38,675 nt of DNA, from the NCBI GenBank assembly GCA_007117285.1, contig SKGW01000053.1, positions 1 to 38,675 on the forward strand, written 5' to 3'. The stretch is from Bacilli bacterium. GTDB taxonomy: Bacteria; Bacillota_I; Bacilli_A; RF39; UBA660. A model generated the notes under the pieces. That model did not search any database. It worked only from the letters and a program-made list of their open reading frames with translations, and was not told where the DNA came from. Of the stretch, positions 32,137 to 38,675 are shown piece after piece; within the stretch, counting starts at the first letter, position 1, and each line of letters begins with the position of its first letter. The position numbers and the translations under genes were made by a program.

Positions 32137-32679
32137 ATGAAATTTAATATTAGAGGAAGTAAAATGAAAATAACCCCTGCAATTAATGATTACATCGAAG
32201 ATAAAATTGGAAAATTAGAAAAATATTTAGAATACTCTGAAGAAGTAACAGCAACTGTTGTTGTTCGTTCTAGAGGTAAAGATAAAATTGTGGAAGTTAC
32301 AATGCCTATTAAAAAGGCTATACTGCGCGGTGAGGAAAATCACGAAGATTTATATGCAGCAATTGATTTGGTAAGCGAAAAAATTGAAAGACAAATTCTT
32401 AAAAATAAAACAAGAATGAAGAAAAAAGTAAATTATGAAGTTTTACGTAATTTTAAAACTGGAAAAGAACTTGTTGATGCACCAATTGTTGATGACGATA
32501 AGGAAAAAATAGTTAAAAGAAAAAAACTAGAAATGAAACCAATGGATGAGGAAGAAGCAATTCTTCAAATGAATTTATTGGGTCATGACTTCTTTGTTTA
32601 TCACGACTTTAAACTTAAAACAGTATGTGTTGTGTATAAAAGAAAAGAAGGCGGTTACGGTTTAATTGTAACTGGATAA
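32137..32679 (+). CDS. hpf: Ribosome hibernation promoting factor, long form
   Basis: MKFNIRGSKMKITPAINDYIEDKIGKLEKY N-terminus and a C-terminal dimerisation-type extension (KPMDEEEAILQMNLLGHDFFVY). The ATG at 32137 has a GAAGGGAA RBS region. Confidence 0.9.
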   Translation: MKFNIRGSKMKITPAINDYIEDKIGKLEKYLEYSEEVTATVVVRSRGKDKIVEVTMPIKKAILRGEENHEDLYAAIDLVSEKIERQILKNKTRMKKKVNYEVLRNFKTGKELVDAPIVDDDKEKIVKRKKLEMKPMDEEEAILQMNLLGHDFFVYHDFKLKTVCVVYKRKEGGYGLIVTG

Positions 32680-32704
32680 AAGTTGCTCAGAAAGGTAAGA
32701 TACA

Positions 32705-35191
32705 ATGAATATTATAAAAAAAATATTTGATCACGAATACAAAGAATTGGAAAGATTTAAGTCCATAGCTGAAAAAGTTATGGCTTTAGATTTTGAAATG
32801 GTAAATTTAAGTGATGCAGATTTAAGAAATAAGACAGATGAGTTTAAACAAAGACTTGAAAAGGGCGAAACTCTTGAGGATGTTTTGGTTGAATCTTTTG
32901 CAGTTGTTAGAGAAACAGCTTTTAGAATTATAGGAGAAAAACCATATTTCGTCCAAATTGTTGGTGGACTTGCACTTCACTATGGAAATATAGCTGAGAT
33001 GAAAACTGGTGAGGGAAAGACATTAACATCAACGATGCCTGCATATTTGAATGCATTATCGGGCAAAGGTGTTCACATAATTACAGTTAACGATTACCTT
33101 GCTACTCGTGATGCTGAATGGATGGGATCTATTTATAGATTTTTAGGTTTGACTGTTGGAGTGAATTCTCGTGAATTAAGTCCACAAGAGAAAAAAGAAG
33201 TTTACAATTCTGATATAACATATTCAACTAATAACGAGCTTGGGTTTGATTATTTACGTGATAACATGGTTGTTAAAGCGGAAGACAGAGTTCAAAGAAA
33301 ACTAAGTTTTGTAATAATTGATGAGGTTGACTCGGTTTTAATTGATGAAGCTAGAACTCCATTAATTATTTCAGGTGGTTTTTTGAAGTCAGCTAATTTA
33401 TATATTGATGCTGATCGTTTCGCAAAAAGCCTAAAGGAAGATAATGGTTATATTTATGATGAAAAAACTAAGGCTGTATCGTTAGATGCGGTAGGTATTC
33501 AAAAAGCGGAAAAACATTTTAATTTAGATAATTTATATGATATTAAAAATTCTAATTTAGTACATTTTATAAATCAGGCACTAAAGGCAAATTTTGCAAT
33601 GAAACTTGATTTTGATTATGTTGTACAAGAAGAAAAAATTATAATAGTTGACCAATTTACTGGACGATTAATGCACGGTAGAAACTATTCTGATGGTCTT
33701 CATCAAGCAATTGAGGCAAAGGAAAATGTTCCAATTGGTGAGGAAACAAAAACTTTGGCAACAATAACTTTTCAAAATTTATTTAGAATGTATGAAAAAA
33801 TATCAGGTATGACAGGAACAGCAAAAACCGAGGAAGAAGAATTTAGAGAAATCTATAATATGTTTGTTATTTGTATCCCTACTAATGTTCCAGTTGTTCG
33901 TGTTGATCATGGAGATTTATTATTTTCAACTAAAGATGGAAAATACAAAGCAATTGTTGAAGCGATTGCTGAGAAATACGAGAAAAAACAACCAGTACTT
34001 GTTGGTACGGTTGCTGTTGAAACAAGTGAATTAATTAGTTCAATGCTTAAAAAAAGAGGCGTTCCTCACGAAGTTTTAAATGCTAAAAACCACTCAAGAG
34101 AAGCTGAAATTATAGCAAAAGCTGGTGCGTTGGGATCGGTTACAATTGCAACTAACATGGCTGGTCGTGGTACTGACATTAAACTTCCAAAAGAGGCCAA
34201 AGAATTAGGTGGACTTTTTGTACTTGGTACTGAGAGACACGAATCACGAAGAATTGATAATCAGTTAAGAGGTCGTTCGGGTCGTCAAGGTGATCCAGGT
34301 GAGTCTCAATTTTGTATATCTTTTGAAGATGAATTGATGGTTAGATTTGGTACTGAAAGAGCTAAAGCAATGCTTGAAAAAGTTGGTTTCCAAGGTGAAA
34401 ATTCTTTAAGAAATCCAATGTTTTCAAAAATGGTTGAATCAGCTCAGAAAAAAGTTGAGGGAAATAACTTCGACATGCGTAAAAATTTATTGAAATTTGA
34501 TGATGTTGCAAATAAACACAGAGCAATAATTTATGAAAAAAGAAATGAAGTTTTGGATAGTGAATCAATTCACGAAACTGTTCTTAATATGATTATGGAT
34601 CATATTGACTTGATTGTTGGAAATCATAGTGATGATGGAGTTATTACTGAATTTCATTTATCTGAGTTACTTGAAGATGTTAATACAAGATTACTTAAGA
34701 AAAATATCGATATAAATGATGTTAGAGAACTTAGCGAAGATGCTTTAATTGACTTTATATATGATAGAGTAATCGGTGAATATGAAGAAAAACTTACGGA
34801 AGTTCCAAATGAAATAGTTAACGAGTTTGAAAAGGCTATTGTTCTTAGAGTAATCGATACATATTGGATGGAACATATCAATACGCTATCACATTTAAAA
34901 GAAGGAATTTCTCTTCGTGGTTATGCTCAAGAGGATCCGGCAAGAGCTTATACAAAAGAAGGATTCATTTTATTCGAATCAATGTTAAACAACATTGATA
35001 AAGATATAACGTCTTATTTAATTAAAGCTCAGATTAGGCAAAATGTTGAAAGAAAAAAAGTTGTTGATAATGAAGTAACAAATGAGGACAAAACAGTTGT
35101 TTCTAAACCTAAAACAGTTAAAAAAATAGGAAGAAATGATTTGTGTGATTGCGGCAGTGGTAAAAAATATAAACATTGTTGCGGAAAGTAG
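32705..35191 (+). CDS. secA: Preprotein translocase ATPase SecA
   Basis: MKTGEGKTL (Walker A), IIDEVDSVLIDEARTPLIISG, TNMAGRGTDIKL, and the C-terminal zinc motif CDCGSGKKYKHCCG. Confidence 0.97.
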   Translation: MNIIKKIFDHEYKELERFKSIAEKVMALDFEMVNLSDADLRNKTDEFKQRLEKGETLEDVLVESFAVVRETAFRIIGEKPYFVQIVGGLALHYGNIAEMKTGEGKTLTSTMPAYLNALSGKGVHIITVNDYLATRDAEWMGSIYRFLGLTVGVNSRELSPQEKKEVYNSDITYSTNNELGFDYLRDNMVVKAEDRVQRKLSFVIIDEVDSVLIDEARTPLIISGGFLKSANLYIDADRFAKSLKEDNGYIYDEKTKAVSLDAVGIQKAEKHFNLDNLYDIKNSNLVHFINQALKANFAMKLDFDYVVQEEKIIIVDQFTGRLMHGRNYSDGLHQAIEAKENVPIGEETKTLATITFQNLFRMYEKISGMTGTAKTEEEEFREIYNMFVICIPTNVPVVRVDHGDLLFSTKDGKYKAIVEAIAEKYEKKQPVLVGTVAVETSELISSMLKKRGVPHEVLNAKNHSREAEIIAKAGALGSVTIATNMAGRGTDIKLPKEAKELGGLFVLGTERHESRRIDNQLRGRSGRQGDPGESQFCISFEDELMVRFGTERAKAMLEKVGFQGENSLRNPMFSKMVESAQKKVEGNNFDMRKNLLKFDDVANKHRAIIYEKRNEVLDSESIHETVLNMIMDHIDLIVGNHSDDGVITEFHLSELLEDVNTRLLKKNIDINDVRELSEDALIDFIYDRVIGEYEEKLTEVPNEIVNEFEKAIVLRVIDTYWMEHINTLSHLKEGISLRGYAQEDPARAYTKEGFILFESMLNNIDKDITSYLIKAQIRQNVERKKVVDNEVTNEDKTVVSKPKTVKKIGRNDLCDCGSGKKYKHCCGK

Positions 35192-35197
35192 GTATTT

Positions 35198-36388
35198 ATG
35201 AAAGAAAAAAATAGATTTTATTTAGTAGTAGGAATTTTTGTGCTTTTAGTGCTAATTGTTCCAATCTCTATGATGTTTAATAGTGAAGCATCAGGAAGTG
35301 TTGAAGACGTTAAAGAATTAATTGCTAAGGAAGAACTTAGCTTAGTTTATTTAGGAAGTGCAACATGTCCTTGGTGTGAAAAGTACAATCCCGTTATAAG
35401 CGGTCTTGCTGATAAGGAAGATTTTGATTATTTGTATATCGATATGGACACTTTAACACAAAGTGAAAATGAAGAGCTAAGAGGTCTGGTTGTGGGTGAT
35501 TCTTCATTTGGAGTTCCACTTACACTGATTGTCGGTTATGGTGAAATAATCGATGATTTGAAGGGATTTAATGAAGAAGAAGCCTTGTATGATTTTTTAG
35601 AAAATAATGGTTTTTTTGAGCAAGAAAGAGTGGCTATTGGATCAGATGAAGCACCACAAGCTATAACAGGCAATGTGGTTGAAGCAATTCAAGAAGTATT
35701 TGATTCGAAAGAAATGAACCTTATTTATTTAGGAAGCGCAACATGTCCTTACTGCTCGCAGTATAATCCGGTAATTAAAAGAGTTGCCGCATCTGAAAAT
35801 TTTAATATTTATTATGTTGATCTAAATGATTTGAGTGAAGAGGAAACATTTGGTCTTGTAACTGTTTTGGGAAAAGCAGAAGAATCATTTGGAGTTCCAC
35901 TGACATTACTTGTTCAAGACAGCAAAGTAGTTGCAGAACTGCCTGGTTTTAATGAAGAAACAAATCTTCGTAACTTCCTTGCTTCAAACAATTTTATCGA
36001 CGGAGCGAATATTCCGAGTGGGGAAACTGAAGAAATTAACTATCCAGATGAAGTAAATGAAGAACTTGTTGCTAAACTTGAAAATTTATATAATGGAAAT
36101 ACTAGAGAAGTTTTATATTTAGGCGCAAATTCATGTCCTTGGTGTGTAAAATATAATCCAATTATTAAAAGTGCATCTGAGAATAACAACTTTGAATATC
36201 TTTATGTTGATTTAGACAATGAGTCTTTTGAAACATTTATGGCAATTATGGATATTATAGGTGAAGAAACTGTTGGAACACCATATACATCTGTTGTTGG
36301 AAATGGTCAGACTTACGACGTTCTTGGCGGAATGGTTGAAGAAGATGTTCTTGTAAACTTTTTAAAAGCGAATAAAGTGTTAAACTAG
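35198..36388 (+). CDS. Membrane-anchored protein with three tandem thioredoxin-like domains (CPWC / CPYC / CPWC)
   Basis: N-terminal hydrophobic helix followed by three units of about 107-110 aa (about 35300-35617, 35678-35998, 36056-36385). Each has YLG(S/A)xxCPxCxxYNP ... Y(I/V)D(M/L)(D/N) ... G(V/T)P. The CxxC codons start at 35366, 35744 and 36134. Confidence 0.8.
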   Translation: MKEKNRFYLVVGIFVLLVLIVPISMMFNSEASGSVEDVKELIAKEELSLVYLGSATCPWCEKYNPVISGLADKEDFDYLYIDMDTLTQSENEELRGLVVGDSSFGVPLTLIVGYGEIIDDLKGFNEEEALYDFLENNGFFEQERVAIGSDEAPQAITGNVVEAIQEVFDSKEMNLIYLGSATCPYCSQYNPVIKRVAASENFNIYYVDLNDLSEEETFGLVTVLGKAEESFGVPLTLLVQDSKVVAELPGFNEETNLRNFLASNNFIDGANIPSGETEEINYPDEVNEELVAKLENLYNGNTREVLYLGANSCPWCVKYNPIIKSASENNNFEYLYVDLDNESFETFMAIMDIIGEETVGTPYTSVVGNGQTYDVLGGMVEEDVLVNFLKANKVLN

Positions 36389-36397
36389 GAGGTCTTT

Positions 36398-36835
36398 ATG
36401 AAAAATAGTGTTTATGAAAAAGCAATGGAGTTTAAGAGGAAATATCCCTCTACTATTGCTTGGAGAATTAAAAAACATTGTGATGTAATTCAGGGTCATT
36501 TAAATCCTGGGGAAGAAGTTAAGTATGTTTTTGTGGCTCAAAATGGTCAAAGTCCATTTGAAGTCTTCAATACTTACGCGTGTGTTTTAACTAATAAAAG
36601 GTTACTTTTTGCAAGAAAAAGATTACTTTGGGGCTATTTCTTTTTATCGGTAACTCCAGATTTGTTTAATGATATGAGAGTTAAGAGACGTTTGATTTGG
36701 GGGTTGCTTGTAATTGATACTGTTAAAGAAGTTATAAAACTATCTAACATTTCAAAGCATGCACTTATTGAACTAGAAACACAAATTTCAAGTTATATGA
36801 TGGAAGAAAAGAAAAAATATAAGATTATGAAGTAA
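36398..36835 (+). CDS. Hypothetical protein, bacterial PH-domain-like
   Basis: AGGAGG RBS. GEEVKYVFVAQNG ... CVLTNKRLLFARKR resembles bacterial PH (YdbT/DUF304-like) domains. The function call is weak. Confidence 0.6.
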   Translation: MKNSVYEKAMEFKRKYPSTIAWRIKKHCDVIQGHLNPGEEVKYVFVAQNGQSPFEVFNTYACVLTNKRLLFARKRLLWGYFFLSVTPDLFNDMRVKRRLIWGLLVIDTVKEVIKLSNISKHALIELETQISSYMMEEKKKYKIMK

Positions 36836-36854
36836 CTCGAATCTCGAGTTTTTT
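36834..36854 (+). terminator. Intrinsic terminator
   Basis: AACTCGA / TCGAGTT stem with an ATC loop, followed by a T-run. Confidence 0.8.
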
Positions 36855-36891
36855 CTTTGATATATTTATTTAAAATCTTAATTGATTTTAT

Positions 36892-36920
36892 TTGTAAATT
36901 ATTTATATAAGTGTTAAAAT
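36892..36920 (+). promoter_or_regulatory. Sigma-A-type promoter of rpiB
   Basis: TTGTAA (36892-36897), a 17-nt spacer with TG, TAAAAT (36915-36920). The RBS AGGTGA precedes the ATG at 36937. Confidence 0.6.
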
Positions 36921-36936
36921 ATTTGTAGGTGATAGA

Positions 36937-37380
36937 ATGAGAGTAGGAATTGCAAGTGATCATAGAGGCGTTCGAATAAAAGAAGAATTAGTTAGCTACT
37001 TAGAAGAGCTGGGCTATGAGATTTTGGATTTTGGACCAGCGATTTTAGAAAGCACAAATTATCCGCATTATGCGTTTTTAGTTGGTGAAAAGGTAGCCAG
37101 TCAAGAAGTTGATTTGGGTGTTCTAATATGTGGTACAGGGATTGGTATGTCAATTGCTGCAAATAAGGTTAAAGGGGTTAGATGCGCTAAGGTAGATAAT
37201 ATGCGCGAGGCCGTTTTGGCTAGAAGTCATAATAACGCTAATATAATTGCTTTATCTGCTGAGTTGAAAATCAAAGATTTGAAAAATTTAGCCAGATTAT
37301 TTTTAGAGGCAAGTTATACTTTTGAAGATCGTCATAATACTAGAATTCAAATGATTTCGGAGTATGAAAATGGAAATTAA
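36937..37380 (+). CDS. rpiB: Ribose-5-phosphate isomerase B (RpiB/LacAB family)
   Basis: MRVGIASDHRG ... GVLICGTGIGMSIAANKVKGVRCA ... SHNNANIIAL. Confidence 0.93.
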   Translation: MRVGIASDHRGVRIKEELVSYLEELGYEILDFGPAILESTNYPHYAFLVGEKVASQEVDLGVLICGTGIGMSIAANKVKGVRCAKVDNMREAVLARSHNNANIIALSAELKIKDLKNLARLFLEASYTFEDRHNTRIQMISEYENGN

Positions 37381-37567
37381 AGTAATCCTTTATATTTTAA
37401 TAACGCCCGTTATTATATGGGCTGCTGATTCTATCGATATTAATAAAATTTTTAAAAAAAATAGAATTTATCAAGCAACATTTTTATATGTTGTCTTTGT
37501 TCTTTCTCTAGCATATTTAACAGTTAATTTTTTATACGACTTTTTTACTTATGCACGATTTATATGA
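37364..37567 (+). CDS. Small two-helix membrane protein, DUF1146 (YwzB)-like
   Basis: Overlaps the rpiB 3' end by 17 nt. IIWAADSIDINKIFKKNRIYQATFLYVVFVLSLAYLTVNF resembles the YwzB-type pattern. Confidence 0.6.
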   Translation: MKMEIKVILYILITPVIIWAADSIDINKIFKKNRIYQATFLYVVFVLSLAYLTVNFLYDFFTYARFI

Positions 37568-37581
37568 AATGAGGGTGGAAG

Positions 37582-38577
37582 ATGTTTTCAAAAGATATTG
37601 GAATAGATTTAGGAACTGCTAATGTTCTTATATATGTTAAAGGCCAAGGAATTGTTTTAGATGAGCCTAGTGTTGTTGCACTTGATTCTGAAACTAGAAA
37701 GCCTTTAGCTGTTGGAAAAGAAGCGAGAGAAATGCTTGGAAGAACTCCGGGCAAGGTACAAGCAATTCGTCCAATGAAGGATGGTGTTATTGCTGATTTT
37801 GAAATAACTGAAACAATGTTAAATCACTTTATTCGTAAGGTTAATGGAAAAAGTTTCTTTTCTCGTCCGAGAATTTTGATTTGTTGTCCATCTAATATTA
37901 CACAAGTTGAAAAAAACGCTATTAAAGAAGCAGCTGAGCGAACTGGAGCAAGAAGAGTTTATTTAGAGGAAGAGCCCAAAGTTGCTGCTGTTGGAGCTGG
38001 ACTTGATATTTCAAAGCCAAGCGGAAATATGGTAATTGATATTGGTGGAGGAACTACTGATATTGCAATTTTATCTTTAGGCGATATGGTAACAAGTACG
38101 TCTATTAAAGTTGCCGGAAATGTTTTTGATAGCGACATAATTAAATATATTAAAGATAAATATAAACTTTTAATTGGTGATCGAACTGCTGAAGATATTA
38201 AAATAACAATTGGAACTGTTTATAAGGACAGCCGTAATGAAAAAATGCAAGTTAGAGGAAGAGACTTAGTAACAGGACTTCCTAATACAATAACATTGAC
38301 TTCAAAAGAAGTTGAAGAAGCGCTTCGAGAAAGTGCGTACTGTCTTGTTAACGAGGCCAAAAATGTTTTGGAAGAAACACCTCCGGAATTATCTGCCGAT
38401 ATAATTGATAAAGGAATTGTTATTACCGGTGGAGGAGCATTAATTTATGGTTTTGATCTTTTGCTAGCTAAGGAATTAAAGGTCCCGGTCTTTATTGCAG
38501 AATCACCATTAACGTGTGTTGCAGAGGGAACAGGAATCCTTTTAGACAATTTAGATTATTTAGATAAGAGAAAATAA
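37582..38577 (+). CDS. mreB: Rod-shape-determining actin homologue MreB
   Basis: DIGIDLGTANVLIYVKGQGIVLDEPSVVA, VIDIGGGTTDIAILS, VITGGGALI. GAGGGTGGA RBS. Confidence 0.97.
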   Translation: MFSKDIGIDLGTANVLIYVKGQGIVLDEPSVVALDSETRKPLAVGKEAREMLGRTPGKVQAIRPMKDGVIADFEITETMLNHFIRKVNGKSFFSRPRILICCPSNITQVEKNAIKEAAERTGARRVYLEEEPKVAAVGAGLDISKPSGNMVIDIGGGTTDIAILSLGDMVTSTSIKVAGNVFDSDIIKYIKDKYKLLIGDRTAEDIKITIGTVYKDSRNEKMQVRGRDLVTGLPNTITLTSKEVEEALRESAYCLVNEAKNVLEETPPELSADIIDKGIVITGGGALIYGFDLLLAKELKVPVFIAESPLTCVAEGTGILLDNLDYLDKRK

Positions 38578-38593
38578 AGCTTCGGCTTTTTTT
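38576..38593 (+). terminator. Weak intrinsic terminator after mreB
   Basis: A 5-bp stem (AAAGC / GCTTT) with a TTCG loop, then a T-run. Confidence 0.45.
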
Positions 38594-38614
38594 CTTTTAT
38601 AAGTATTTTAAAAA

Positions 38615-38623
38615 TGCTATAAT
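38615..38623 (+). promoter_or_regulatory. Extended -10 box (TGCTATAAT)
   Basis: Followed by the RBS AGGTGA and the ATG at 38640. Confidence 0.5.
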
Positions 38624-38639
38624 TGTTTTAGGTGATAAC

Positions 38640-38675
38640 ATGAATGTTGAAATTTTGTATAAAATGCTTTTAATT
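38640..38675 (+). CDS. 5' end of an unidentified ORF running off the window (MNVEILYKMLLI...)
   Basis: ATG with an AGGTGA RBS 5 nt upstream. Only 12 codons are visible. Confidence 0.4.
   Translation, partial: MNVEILYKMLLI

Noticed and set aside
642-37754. About 27 ORFs of 60-160 aa in the track lie antisense to, or in an alternative frame of, the long genes. Examples: 642-836, 2762-3088, 6026-6460, 11631-11831, 17980-18462, 23318-23677, 24722-25204, 34654-34881, 37560-37754.
   Set aside because: Each is fully embedded in a longer ORF that has clear family motifs. None has an RBS or promoter. Their products are low-complexity (S/F/I/L/K-rich), as expected from reading an AT-rich coding strand backwards.
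37582-38577. Use of MreB, SecA and other genes to name the organism.
   Set aside because: The composition, the standard code and the presence of mreB only allow the description low-GC monoderm or Mollicutes-related. A species or genus call cannot be supported without a database search.
1-38675. CRISPR arrays, tRNA/rRNA genes, riboswitch-like leaders, IS elements, integrases, or prophage structural genes.
   Set aside because: I saw no regularly spaced short repeats, no GC-rich structured RNA-like segments in the short intergenic regions, and no ORF with transposase, recombinase or phage motifs. Intergenic regions are short and are accounted for by promoters and terminators.

Overview
This is a 38.7-kb, AT-rich, densely coding segment, almost entirely on the + strand. 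It looks like a low-GC monoderm chromosome (Bacillota / Mycoplasmatota-like). The standard code applies: TGA, TAA and TAG all end long ORFs, and Trp is TGG. I found no rRNA, tRNA, CRISPR array, transposase or integrase. I support 31 protein-coding features, counting one nonsense-interrupted gene and two ORFs cut by the window edges. They fall into these blocks. (1) 2-4118: a sortase-like gene fragment, an LRR lipoprotein and an ABC-2 exporter whose ATPase gene carries an in-frame TAA. (2) 4115-7935: a CDGSH Fe-S protein divergent from a tightly coupled operon of nitroreductase, TspO, class II photolyase and a PD-(D/E)XK-like protein. (3) 7936-9977: an intergenic array of TTTTGAACA boxes, then a 64-aa charged protein overlapping a ~553-aa orphan protein. 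(4) 9879-14249: a GT2 / GtrA-like / prepilin-FISH / GT-C-like operon bracketed by a 124-bp near-identical direct repeat, which gives two unrelated proteins the same 32-aa C-terminus. (5) 14301-30501: a TM-anchored acidic protein ending in a pilin-head-like module, an FAD protein, a phosphohexomutase, a 2523-aa cyclic beta-1,2-glucan-synthase-like gene, pgi, and an 884-aa prepilin-leader protein carrying TIM-barrel-like and FGE/SUMF1-like domains. (6) 30590-32051: a LytTR/GHKL two-component pair. (7) 32137-38675: housekeeping genes hpf, secA, a triple-thioredoxin membrane protein, a PH-like protein, rpiB, a DUF1146-like protein and mreB. The best candidate for an undescribed system is the 10-31 kb surface-glycan region, where one pilin-head module carries three different cargos next to a repeat-flanked glycosylation cassette and a giant glucan synthase. 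The second candidate is the orphan module at 7.1-10 kb. All family assignments come from motif recognition by eye. No database search was run.
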